From the NCBI RefSeq assembly GCF_037042905.1, contig NC_087245.1, positions 10,976,001-11,040,000 on the forward strand: a stretch of DNA of 64,000 nucleotides. The letters run 5' to 3'. This document shows, in pieces, positions 1 to 21,525 of this stretch. The position numbers and the translations under genes were made by a program. Every line of letters starts with the position of its first letter. Positions within the stretch are counted from its first letter, which is position 1. Below the pieces are notes generated by a model that was given only the letters and a program-made list of their open reading frames with translations, ran no database searches and was not told the origin of the DNA. Source of the DNA: Lytechinus pictus (lineage: Eukaryota).

Positions 1-144
1 GGCATTATTTGATACATGCCTTTCCATAGCAGGCGCAAACAATGTTTATATTTCGATACAGTCGATCATAATGTGACTTAACATTTTACAATTTTTTAAA
101 AGACTTCATAGTTCAAATTCATAATCAAAATTGAATTATAATAA

Positions 145-407
145 TAATATGCAACATTTATATAATGCATATTACAAATGTTTTTAAGTGCTGCACACTA
201 TTACCCCAGCTTTAGCACAGCTACCCTGATCGGGCGCTCAAACATTCAAAGAATTCGTTCTTACCGGGTGCCCATTTACTACACCTGGGTGAAGAGTGGC
301 AAGTTTAGATAAATGCCTTGCCAAAGGACGCGAGTGCTGTGGTGGAATTTGAACCCCGGACCTTTGTGGTTCATAGTCCGAAGACTTACCCAGTGAGCCA
401 CAACACC
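145..407 (-). mobile_element. tRNA-derived SINE remnant
   Basis: The minus strand starts GGTGTTGTGGCTCACTGGGT...GGTTCAAATTCC (A/B-box-like), then CCTTTGGCAAGGCATTT, and ends in an (ATT)n-like tail. Boundaries approximate. Confidence 0.6.
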
Positions 408-548
408 TTTAATTAACTTGACATGAGGTCCATAGAGTTACACTTGTTACTTATGGTGTTGACCAGAAACTGCTTTCAGTTCTTTCTCTGCCTTCCTGTG
501 TGGTTTCTTCTTCAAATTCACCCAACTTGTATTTCTTTTTGCTTACAG

Positions 549-3500
549 GAAATGATTATTGATACAGTGGATGGTAAATCACATGCAAGGTATCTGATCT
601 ATGACATCATCAAGTATTGGGTAACTTAACATTGATTATAAGCTACTCTAAATGTTTGTCATTTAGTTCCACACATGTGATGAGATATCCCCCCCCCCCT
701 CTCTCAGCAGACCAATAGTAGTAACAAAACTGCATCAGAATATATCCTGTTCCATTGTTAATCAGCTCATCTTGTTGTTAATAGTTCATTCTAGTTAGAA
801 GTGTGAAAATGTGACAATATATTAGCACACTCTGGTAATCTTTGAATTAAAGGGGAATCCAGCCTTGGCCATAAAGTGTTGTGTTGGGAAGGATAAAAAA
901 TAATTAAAAGAATGGTGAAAGTTTGAAAGAAATCGGACAAGAAATAAGAAAGTTATAGCTGCTTTAAAATTGAGATCACTATTAGTATGTAGATTTCAAA
1001 TTGGCAACTGGGTAAGCAAATTATGACAAGGGGCAAGGACAACTTTCCCATAGGCCATGTACATTATTATCAGGGATTTGTGGTTTTCTCCTAAGTACCC
1101 ATTCCCCTGGGGCAGTAATCTAAATATAACCCAGGTAATATATTGTTTAATGTCCTCATGAAAGAAAAATATAATTTGAAATAAACATTTTGGGAAAAAT
1201 GACATTTTAGCCATAATGTGTAGCGGAGTACATGGAAGAGTAGTCCTTGCCTTACATCACTGTGACATCACATATGCGGCCAATTTGAAGTCTCCATGAG
1301 TATAGTGATTACCAATATTTACAACTTTTAAAAATTCATAACTTTCTTGTTGTTTGTCCGATATTGTTCAAACTTTCACCTATCAACTTGTCTGATTTTT
1401 CTTTTCCTTATAAAAACAAGTTTTTATTTGGGTTGGATTCCCCTTTAATACCAAGCTCTATCTGTTTTATATGTTTTCCCTCAGTGAAAGGGTAATTGTT
1501 GTTTACATCCTGTTATTGATTTTCTTTCCTCCTCTGTTGAAAGGCGAGAGAACCTAAACTTCTTAATGTTGAGCAATGACAATCAACTACCTGATTACTT
1601 TGTTTTATGTCACTTTAAAGGTGGTCAGCATTGCACATTGAAGTGTTTTTTATATAAAATTTTAATAAATTCTTGCTTGTGAGTTGTGATGTTACTAAAT
1701 GATAAATAATAAATTAAAAATATAATTTTAAAGAGAAAAATCTCCTTCGAACTCACATACATTTATAAATTTCAATGTGAAAGAATATCATCTATCATAA
1801 TTAGATCACCAAAGGAGAGAAAGGAACAGGACAGATAGAGAAAGAGAAGAGAAGAAGAAAAGAAAGTAGATGAGGAAAACAATGTCATCATCAGTATGAA
1901 TGAATTGCTTTCAATATCTTTATCAAACAGAGCAAACCAGTCGGTGAATGTGACTTTGGTTGGAGAAGAAGATGTATTCATGATGAGATAATTGCACCTA
2001 GGGAGCTTGAGCTACAGCGTGGTGGCATTGATAGAATGAAAGAACCATTTGGTATCAGAGAGAAACCATTCTGGGATATCACTTCTTCAAAGAAGGTACA
2101 TAAAAGACTGAAAATGATAACTGTAAAATGTTCCAATATGTCATTAATGTATTTATATTAAAATATGGAACCTTGTGAGTTTTCTCCTTCATTTTACCAA
2201 ATCAGTGAATGATAAATATTAAGCAAATATTTAGAAATGTTGGCATGGTTGGCTGGAGTGCCTCCCACACAAAAGGGTAGGTCATGGCTTCATATTCCCA
2301 GCCAATTCATACCAAAAGACCTTGTAAAGTGGCCTTCTGTATTCCAATTAATTCATATTGTACAACGCCTACTTAGCTTGTTGTACGCGAGCAAATGGGT
2401 GGCTGAATGTCAAACATTCGTAACGTAGCACACAAGACGTACCATCCAAAATGTACCGTTGTACGGCTTTAGGAGGTGACGTCACAATACGATTTAATTT
2501 ATTGCGCTCAGTACAAATGAAGGTGCAATACGCGTATAAGCCTGCTGGACAAATGCGCAATGCTGCCCAAGGTCATGTGTGCTTGTGGGATTTTGCTTTT
2601 CACTTTTTTTTGCTCCCTTTTCATAGATTACTGCAGGGAAAAACTTGTTTTTTAAATATATTTTCACTAAATTCTGAGGCGTTGTACAACACAAATAGCG
2701 AATATTCTTATTCTTGCAATGGTGCGAGATTTCGCATTCGGTGAAAGAAAGAGATGCTCTATTCATCTTGGCTAACGCCTCGTTAAATAGAGCATCTTTC
2801 TTTCACCTCATGCGAAATCTCGCACCATCGCACTCATGCCTATTCGCTATTTGTATACTGTGCAGGGCATGCTAAAATAGTAGCCAATGAAAACTGAATT
2901 AATATTTATTTTTTAAATCATCATGCAGCAGGTAATATGAATTTATTTGGAAGTGAGTACACTAAGCTGGACAATGGAGGGCAAACCACATGAGTATCAT
3001 ACTCTGTAAAAGGGAACATAATCAGTGGGACTAAACTTATATTAATGTTTTTTATTTAAATATGTATATTAATTTGACGTATTAAACTTGATAGAAAATA
3101 GTATTGAAAACAAGAATACAGTTGAATCACATGACCTTTTGCCTCCAATACTGTGATCGATGTGCGTTTCCTATTCTCAAACTTGGAATTGACTGCTTTG
3201 ATAAAAACCCCTTTGAATCCAATTCCGGTGAAGAGAGACCAGTGAAAGTTTCATAGGAACTGCAAAATAGTTTAAGCTTCCCAAATATGTAAACTTTATT
3301 TCATATAAGACTTGAATTTTTAAATTGTGTTCTATGAGAGGGACATTTCATTCAGGACACGCTGTACATGAACAACCCTTTCCAATAATTTACAGGATGT
3401 TTCTTTCACCTCATTGATGCTCATTTATTTGTTTTCTTTTAATATAGATACTTGATGGAAGTTTCAGCCAGGAACTGATGCATGAAACAGATGGACTTAT

Positions 3501-6500
3501 TTTTCAGCCACACAAAGATGTAAGTCCCATTCTAATGTCATCAAAACTTCTCATAAAATTGTGAAATATTGGAAATATTAATTCCAGATGGACATTACTC
3601 TCCTTGAACCAGGCCTTGGCAGTTTATATGACAATGGCTTGCATATTGTATTAAACTGGAGAAGCAACATCAAGTGTAATTTTTAAAAGATTTCAAACTT
3701 TAAGTTTAGAGAAATATTCTCACTGTAGATATATTTGCTATCTTGAACATGTTTTGGTTCATACCCCTGGCGTTTGACTTGGCACCTTTCTTGCTCTGAT
3801 TTATAAACACTTGTCTCATATGTTAAATTGGTTATACTCCTTGGAGGGATTTATCGGTCTTCTCCAGCAATAATAAATTATACTTTGGTAAGATGCAGGT
3901 TTCTTCTAGTTGGAATAAGAAGTTTTGCAGGAAATTTGCTGATATGGTGTTGGGTATGATACATTAAGACTGTGTTCAAACTTGATTTCTTCTCTGTTTA
4001 CATTTTAGCTATTTTTTTTAAACTAACTTTTTTTTATTTGAACTTAGCCATACATACCTGGAAGATGTGACCTAATACTAAAATGGAAGCCTCCAAGTAT
4101 GAATTCAGTTGACTTCAGGTTGAAGGTCACCACCGTCAGACGAGAAGGGTAAGTAACAAAACGTTATTGAAGACACATGTGTTTTTGGAATTGTTTAACC
4201 CTTATTAAACCGGGGGGATGTCAATTTGACCCCCCTCAACATATTTCGTCACTACCTTGTAGCGCAAATTTTTTTTTTTTGACCGTGCCGCTTGCTGACT
4301 TTTTATTTTCAAGTCTTTCGCAGTATATCCTGGTCTGTAATAGCCCAGTTAAAATAAGGTTATGTAGATCATCATTTTTAGTGTCTGCACTATACAAATT
4401 TATCATATTATTGTTATAATTATTAGTATTATAACAGTACTACGGTTTAAGTTGTATAGAAATTTCAAATTTAAGCAGTATTAGACATTACTTTTGGAGC
4501 CATAACATACTTTCAAGGGACTTTGACTTTTAGTAAGATGAGATGTGTTCATCTTTCAGTATATGTATGTACACTCATATTCTTGCCATTCTGTTAGTAT
4601 TTAATGAAGAGGCCCAATGCAAATAATTGCTCTTCAAATATTCTAATACAAGAAACACCTAGAAAGTTTTGGCTGGACTATTATGCCAGAATACAATGAG
4701 TGCTATAATTGGTTCGGCTAGCAAAAGGGCTCATTGCACCGAATTGTTGATTTGGTTCATTACTTCAACACGCTGCTGGCTTAGTGTAAACACTTCCTTC
4801 ACGATATCTAAATCAACGATTCCTTTTCACTGTTCAATATATACTATATATATGAACATGTGTACTTGGGACACCTTGTTTGGTGTATGCAATAATGATC
4901 AAATATGATCATCTGTGAATAATTGACCCTGTATGTTTTTGTTAAGGTGTATTCCGGAGACACTTGGGCTACTCTTTGTCGGAGGTCAACAGCAACCCTT
5001 TGGACAAATGAAGGTCAGTTATACTATACCTCCATTATTTCTTTTCATTTTATCATTTCTAAATGTATGCGAATCAAGTTAACTTTGATCATGGTGTGTT
5101 TACTTACAGTAGTCAGATTAAACTAAGCAATCTTTTCTATTAAATCCGAACCAATTGTAGTGAGTTTTCATATTGAGAAAAAATACTTTAATATCAAAGT
5201 CCACTTTTAGTGGTCATAAGTAATCATAGATCCAGATTTAGTAAGCCAGCCCCCAAAATAATGAAATGATGATTAAAACTAGCTGAAAGCCAATTATGCT
5301 GAATAATCATCACTGTATTGACAGAATGTGCTCATTACTCTATCAGAATCATTTGACACATAATTCATGTTATACATACATTAGATTCTCATAAGATTTA
5401 TCAAAAATTTTCTGTAGGATACTTGATTGTTGCTGGATAAATTGTTTTTTATGGAATGACTTCGAGTTGACATCTGTAAACTTGAACCAAGATTTTATGT
5501 TGACACACTGCCCTATCCAAAACCAGTTCATTTCCTCATTTCAAATGCTGATATACTAAACCTTGTTTCCTTGAACTCAGATCAACAAGGAGCTGAAGCA
5601 GTATGACAATAAGATTATCGAGTGTGCCTATGATACTAAGAAAGGATGGGTTTTTATGAAGGAAAGAACGGATAAGAGCTTCCCGAATGGCTACAAGACA
5701 GCAGTTGGTAGGTTACACAATTTTGTATAATCTTTGGCCTGGTTTACTGGTGTAATTTCCTTTGCTAATTATGTTAAGTTTTATCCCAATATCTGTATTA
5801 CTTTTTAAAAAGATTTGTAATTAAAACTTTTAAAGAATAATTAGTGTAGAGTAATTTTAATTGGTCACAATAACTTTTAAAAGTAGACTGCAACAATATC
5901 CAAATATCTGTATTACTTTTTAAAAAGATTTGTAATTAAAACTTTTAAAGAATAATTAGTGTAGAGTAATTTTAATTGGTCACAATAACTTTTAAAAGTA
6001 GACTGCAACAATATCCAAATATCTGTATTACTTTTTAAAAAGATTTGTAATTAAAACTTTTAAAGAATAATTAGTGTAGAGTAATTTTAATTGGTCACAA
6101 TAACTTTTAAAAGTAGACTGCAACATTTGGTACTGATGTATTAATGTACAATGTACAGGGGTGGGATGGAATTGAAGTATTGATTTTTATTGTTGCATAA
6201 TAGGTCTTAGTATCAATAGCTAGATTAGTGACAATCAGAAACGCTAGTTCATGAGAACAATGCATTTCCTGTTTCATGTATTCACATTCTCCATCTCTGA
6301 CCTAGACTGTCAGTAAATTTTTATAATGTTTTTTATTACAATACTTGTGTCTAAAATGTGATTGTATTATAAAAGACACTGTACCTAATTCCAAAGCCAA
6401 GAAATCCCTATTCAACTCTGCTGTCACAGATATTTGCCCTCACTTGTGAATACGCACAAAATAAGATCACCCATGCTGCAGAAAGAAAAGTTTTTCACAC

Positions 6501-6997
6501 CACCTTAAAATAATCCAGTAGCATTGGACTGCACAATTCATTACACAAAAAGCTTAAATATAATTTATTTGGTATTGAAGTTTGTTTAATCTATTTGGGA
6601 ATGAACTGCGAAAAGCAGCTAGAAAAGTTTGTCAGAACAATTAGCTTGTGATTAGGTCAGTCTTCAAGAGAAATTAATACATTTGTAGGAAGACATGCTG
6701 CTGTAGAATTCAGTTCTTTATTTATTGTTTATCTGCTTTTATAAATTCACAGCTGTGTGTCAGAGCATTCAAAATCCAGTTACCAAGGAATTCCTGATGA
6801 ACTTTATAGAGAAGGAAGCCATCAAACCTTCCAGTAACAAACGTCCTGCGGACAACAGTGCCAGCAGTAGCAGTCCTGGGCCCCCTGCCAAGCAGCAAAG
6901 GACAGACAGCCAACCACCTTCCTCCCGAGCCAGTGGACCAGGCAGGCCATCTAGTTCTCTCATGCCTCCTCCTGCTTCAGTTCCATTGCATCACTGA
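549..6997 (+). CDS. RNGTT: mRNA capping enzyme (guanylyltransferase and OB-fold portion), 5'-partial. Exons 549-620, 1931-2095, 3448-3519, 4048-4148, 4947-5013, 5581-5707, 6753-6997
   Basis: All exons have AG/GT boundaries with matching phases. The joined protein carries capping-enzyme motifs EMIID...[45 protein letters not shown] and SIQNPVTKE, closely following metazoan RNGTT as recalled. Stop TGA at 6995-6997. Confidence 0.96.
851..1444. mobile_element. Non-autonomous TIR element with TTAA TSD (Kolobok-like)
   Basis: TTAA|AGGGGAATCCA...TGGATTCCCCT|TTAA. Related decayed sequences at ~9075-9610 and ~29714-30620. Confidence 0.8.
2691..2854. mobile_element. Palindromic MITE / fold-back
   Basis: Arms ACAAATAGCGAATA...ATGGTGCGAGATTTCGCAT...GGTGAAAGAAAGA.ATGCTCTATT pair with their reverse complement across a short loop. 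Confidence 0.7.
5788..6125. repeat. 115-bp tandem repeat, ~2.9 copies, in an RNGTT intron
   Basis: Units start at 5788, 5903 and 6018 and read identically by eye. Confidence 0.9.
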
Positions 6998-8030
6998 AAT
7001 AGAGATCTTGTTTGTGTTTTTAGTAAATGGACTCATTTTGATAATTAGAAGTCAGTATTTTATTCCCCTGCTTCACTATAGGTGATTATTGGAGGCATTG
7101 TTTCTGGGTCATCTGATATTATGCAATCTGTTTGTCTTCAATTTAGTCAATCGTTTCACAGATGTATCCATATAGTAGGAATGATGAGCTGATCCATTTT
7201 GGGTCACAAGTTTAATCTTGATGTAGGAGCCTTCTTGAAAATGGCTTGTTTTGTTTGGAAGGATCAACATGACTCCGATCATGTATGCGAAGGGGATTAA
7301 CTTTGATTTTACCAGATTGTGAGGTCACAAGTTTTAAAGGAATTACAGAGGCAAAAGAAAATAAGTAAAATCACAGAATATCTGAAGAATCATTTGAGAG
7401 ATCAAAAATTTGACATCCAATATATTAATTTAGTAATGCAGATACACTTACACAAGTCAACCTTATGTAAGTTGTACCGTTATTTCACCCAAGTCGAAGA
7501 AATTTTGAGACCAGCTAATGCAAAGCATGTGTTATGTACCTTTTCTAAGTTGGATTTCTCCTCAGTCAAACAGATTTCTGTTGGTCCCTTAGGTCATTAG
7601 AGCAATGCTTCTAGAGATCAATGTTATACAACAAAATTGTTTGTCCCCTAACTGGAAGACCATTTGAAGGATTACCTTGAATGTACCGAGCACCAGAATT
7701 CACCAGCACCTAGAGCTAAAGCAGAGGTACCAATAATTTTGCTTTGTTGTCTCTTCAAAAAGTGCTATATAAATCCATTAGTTGTTTAATATTATTTTCA
7801 TTACTATCTGATGGAAAAAAAAAACTTTGCTCAGGTTAGCATTGTATCGACAAAAAAATTCATTTTGAGTTACACGGTCATAGAGTTCTATCATAAAAAA
7901 TGGCTTATTCTTACAGTAACTTTAACAGATCCAAGCATATCAAATTTGAAATGAATTTGTGTATGTAAATGAGAATACTAATCTAATATTACTAACATTA
8001 TAAAATTTTGTCAATTCATGTAATAAATAT

Positions 8031-8846
8031 CTGGGGTGGTATACTGAGGTCATTTTATCTTTAAAATAATTTAATTTAACTCTTAAGATGAAATTGGTAT
8101 TCTGAGGTGACATTTTATCTCTCAGATAAAATGTAAAATTTTATCTTGCGTATAAATTTTATCTTGCGTATCTATGATGATACACAACAGAGCAGTGGCT
8201 GCGTAGACATACCCATCGCGTATCTGGCCATTGCGACACGGGTGATGTGCTTGCGCCAAAGTTACTTTGAAGAAAAAATAAAATAAACTTAAAAGAGGGA
8301 AGGGCTATTTTATCTCCGCGACGTTGATTTCGTCAATATTTCTAGATGAATTAACTCCAAATGTTGACATGAAAATGAAGAAAAATTATATATTTATTGA
8401 GAACAACACCTTAATGTTATTCCTGTACAAACAGGAAGTATTTCATAAGACTTTTCTTGGCTAATATTGTCTTTGAAATGATGCTTGATAACATGCGATA
8501 TAGACTTAGAAAAAAAGACGAGAGTTGTCATTTTTGTTAAAACAAAATCTCTGTAAAGACGCGCAAGCGTATTTGAAGTCAATAAATTGACGCAATCTCA
8601 CTCCTTCGCCACACCTAGCAGAATGGATTTCCATTGGTTGAGTGATATGAGAGAGCTATAAAGGAGCGTTTCTAATTGGATATTGATAAAAAAATAGGTG
8701 CGTCTAACAGAGATAAAATGAAGATAAAATCTTTCTCAGAATACCAATTCGGAGAGATTTTAAGGGTATTTCATCTCACTGATTTTAACAGAGATAACAT
8801 GTTTTATTTTATCTGAGATAAAATGGATCTCAGAATACCACCCCAG
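8031..8846. mobile_element. Non-autonomous TIR element
   Basis: CTGGGGTGGTATACTGAG...CTCAGAATACCACCCCAG with subterminal TTTTATCT/AGATAAAA repeats. Confidence 0.75.
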
Positions 8847-11150
8847 ATGTAGGATTAGTGCATAGGGTCAAGTCTCTAATGCCTTGATGTGGGAAACCTT
8901 GTTGATCAGACTGGATTCGGATGTTTTATCAATTCAGGCCATCTGATAAAACAACAAAATTAATTGTCAGCAGAACATTGGTGTTGATAGATTTACATGC
9001 AACAGAGACTAAAGCATTTTATCTCTTTTTAATTCCAGAGTTGTCACAATATTGAAATGGAAATATAAACCTTGAAGGGGATCTCCTGGCTGAAGATAAT
9101 ATGATTTGAACAGAAAAAGTAAAAATCAGACAAACAAAACACTGAAAGCTTCATCAAACTTAGACAAGGAATAACAAGAGTTATGATTTGAAAGTTTTGC
9201 ATTGCGGTAAAACAGTTCTATGCATGTCTTTGTGAATATGCAATGAGCAAGCTGATGAATTAATTCTTTTGTTTTATATAAAATTAAATTTATTCAAATT
9301 TTGTCCTCCATGAATTAAAAAAAAATGGATGGACTGCTGACTTAATGTGTAAGATAATAATTTTGGCAACTTTTTTCTTTGCAAGGGATTATGCACATGT
9401 ATGAAAACACAAAATAATTATGTCATGTAATAACATGAGAAAGAGGAAAGTGGGGACATGACATCACTGGCCCACCTTATGAATATTAATGACGGCATGC
9501 ATATAACTATTTTCACAAAATATTACTGAACATTGAAATTAAATATCTCTGTTATTTTTATCAGGTTTTGATGAAATTTTCAGCATTCTGTTTGGATATT
9601 ACTGTATTTATTCCCTCTGTAAGGGGAGAAGGGGCCTGTTTGCCAGTTTGTAGATACTTATTAACCATGAAATGTCAGTAATTGTTTATTATACATCCCT
9701 TGAACACATATTTGTTATGGTTATGCTGCGCACTGTCTTACAATACATTCTCTGATAGAAGGTTGAAGTGCAGGCATTTCATGAAATACTAGTATCTCCA
9801 TTTTGCTGGTCATTTCAAATAGAGAAAGTAGGATGTAATTTTACAAATAATCAAAAGATATAGGATAATGCAGTCGCTTCATAATTTGAGTTTAGACTAC
9901 TGTACTTTGTGTTTATTGGATTCAGTTACAAGTCCATTTTCACCCCCCCCCCCAAAAAAAAAAGAAGACAATTGTAAGGAAATAAAAGACGAAATAAATG
10001 ATTTACAATTTACCTTGCTTTAATATCAACACAAGCTAAAGAAATTCTACCAAAATAATTTATCTGGGGATATCATACATTCATTGACTAACTTCTGATG
10101 AATGAGATTGATCAGTAAAAGCATATGGCTTACATGTGTGAGCATGCATTGTAAGCAAAATTGTTAACATTTCAAGTCACAAAATTAACTTTATGTGTCC
10201 AAGTAGTTATAAGTTATAACCTTTTTTGTTTTCTTACACAATCATGACTTAATACCTTAGATTTTTACAACATATGGTGACTGTATATTAAATTCAATCC
10301 AGCATTTATTTCCAATGCATGAAAAATACAAGTTGATATCATGATCATGTACAAACAAAGAGACAATAAAAATTAAAACATATCATTGAAACATAAATAA
10401 ATACAGACAAAAGTGATAATCAAAGTATTATTGCCAAATCATTGAAACAATATAATTGATGCATTTTTAAAATGTTAATTTAACCATTTTGTCAATAAAT
10501 TTATAGACATTACATTTCTTTGCAAATTCATAAGGGAGAAATCAAATTGTGCTTTGTAATGAACCATATCAAGTTCCAGAAGGTGTAATAGTGTCAATAA
10601 TAGATGATTTACGGTAATGACCTCATTCACCAAATTTGTCAAATACTGTACCACAAATGCTCAAAATTAACTTTGAATTTAAAACAACAATTTGGAATCA
10701 AATATGTGCTCACTCATGCCACAGTCAATACATCTAGCTTATTTCATTAAGAAGTCCGTCAGTGAGTGTAGGAATATTTCTCTATCGATATACATACTCG
10801 TCCCCTCTCTTCTTTCTCTACTATATTTTAGCTTTTCTCACTAGCTTTAGTAACATTTTATAATAATGATGTGTATGCAATGCGATATGGAGAGGGAAAC
10901 CTTTGCTCAGAAAATGTATTGTGGAATATTGGCATCTAATAATCATCAATTGCAACTTGATAGTGTATATATGTATAGAAATGTAAATATATTGATTTGT
11001 TTTATCTATAGTATCTATAGATGAGTAGCATATTTATGAAAATGGATTGAGGCAGTACAACGTTTCTTTCAGACCAATAAACATGCTGTGATTATAGTGA
11101 TCTCATTGAATCTTGATGTATGGCTCATGATGTATGTTTTCAAACTACAT

Positions 11151-11630
11151 GGCCCGAATTCACAAATTTGTTTTTTAAAACCATCGGTTGAACCCATGGG
11201 TTCGGCAGATTTCCTGTATAAATTGTGCTTATTTACTGCCTATATTAAAAAATGTTTTTGTCAGTGTGCCAAATTGACGACTGTTACACTGGTTATCCAC
11301 CATGGGTGTCGATTTGTGTTGTGAATCTAATATTCAAGGGGGATGATCTATTGTTTCATCCTCCCACTTGAAAAGAATGACGTTACGGATCGACACCAGT
11401 GTTATCCACGCTTATTTTTTAATTAATGAGTCCACTCTTCAAACGGGACTCATGAAGAAATTAGCGTAACTTAACCATGGATACAGGTGCCAATTTGGCG
11501 CACTGTGACAAAAGCATGCATCGGCATTGTAATTAATATATGTGGTAAATAAGCGTAATTCATACAGGAAATCTGCATAAACCATTGGTTCTACTGATGG
11601 TTAAAAAAAAAACCTTTGTGAATTTGGGCC
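11151..11630. mobile_element. MITE (GGCCCGAATTCACAAA TIR family)
   Basis: TIRs GGCCCGAATTCACAAA / TTTGTGAATTTGGGCC with further internal inverted symmetry. The same TIR occurs at 49963-50180. Confidence 0.75.
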
Positions 11631-12812
11631 TTGTTTTACAAGCAGTGAATATTCAAATAACAGGTCAATAGCACCAAGCAATAAGCAACTCATGACATAA
11701 CTGTAAATTGAAGGCACAAAGTTTATTGCACTCTACATTATACCCTGTTCTCCAAAAGTGAAATTATGTAATTTAGTACTTACTACATTATCAAAAATAT
11801 ACTTTCTTATCTCTCTCTCAACTCTCGGCTGATTTCCTTTAACAATAATTGCTTACATGGAAAATCTGCACATTAGTGACCTCAACCATGTGGCTAAGGA
11901 ACTATTCTTAACCATAAACCTAGTCTAGTTCAGGACTCTTTACTTTTTTTGTCATAAGCTGTACTGTTGAACAATGGACTGTGCTCCTCATGCAATATGG
12001 TGGTGTGAACTGCTGAATCTGTTTCCTCAGGCAACAGATACTCATTTTCATATTATCAGCCAGCTTGACCCATATAGTCAATGTTTAGGGCTATAACTAA
12101 TGAAAGATAAGAGTCCAGACCTAAACTACCGAATACCTTATATCCTGAAATCCTATATAGATACACTATATTGGATTCATGACATATCATAGCTTACAGT
12201 ATTATAAAATTTGATAGTTGGCAACAAAATGCCTCGACAAGCTATATATTATTGAAAGCCTTAGAACGGAGAATATCCAATTATTCCCAATCCAACACAT
12301 ACGAAAATAAAAAGAGTTGGCCCTAACTAAATCTACAATTGAATGCACCTGCTCCTCATTTACATAAAGACTTACTATTAAAATATTCTTTTAATGATTA
12401 CTTCTGTTTAATAATATTCTGATGAACCCTGTAATTATGATGAGTTCTTATGTAACAAGGCAGTCTTTAAGCTTTCCTAAGCTAATAATATACAAAAAGG
12501 TACATCTATATGAACACTGACAATTAAAAAAAAAAAAATAAATAGCCTTATGATATTCCAGTATAATAAAAAAAGCCAATGTACAATGCTGTGTGAGCTT
12601 TACCTGGTGGTGGGTGGAATGGGGGCACTGTCACTACAAGCTGAATACCAGTGGCAGATCCAGAATTTTGAAACAGGAGGGGGGGGCACAAGTAGCAAGA
12701 AGGGCCAAAGTTAAAGGTCCACCTACAAGCATGGTGTCCATATTTCCTCCCCCTTCCCAACCTGTACCAATATATACCATCCCATATTTATTCTATCCAC
12801 TTTTCACTACTG

Positions 12813-21230
<8,418 letters not shown>

Positions 21231-21363
21231 GTTGTGTTTATGGCTTAAGGGAAATCCCCTAATAAAATAGTCTCGGTTCAGACACAATATGAACATTATA
21301 CAAATAATATGATGGGGGTAATACCGAATACCACTAATCTGAACACTAGTACTCGTAATAGGT

Positions 21364-21525
21364 CAGGGGCCGCGGAACGGTTTTCAAAGTGGGGGGGGGG
21401 GGGGGCTGACCATGCAAAAAATTACAATCGTATGGTCATTTTTGCGTTTTTGTACATGGTTTTGGAATAAAGTGGGGGGGGGGCTGAAGCCCCCCAGCCC
21501 CCCCCCCCCGCTTCCGCGGCCCCTG
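21364..21525. mobile_element. MITE with 5-bp TSD
   Basis: TAGGT|CAGGGGCCGCGGAA...TTCCGCGGCCCCTG|TAGGT. A truncated inverted copy lies at ~53149-53264. Confidence 0.85.

Noticed and set aside
11950..12370. SECIS candidates (ATGAGGAGCA twice on the minus strand)
   Set aside because: No helix II pairing or correctly spaced apical AA could be built by eye.
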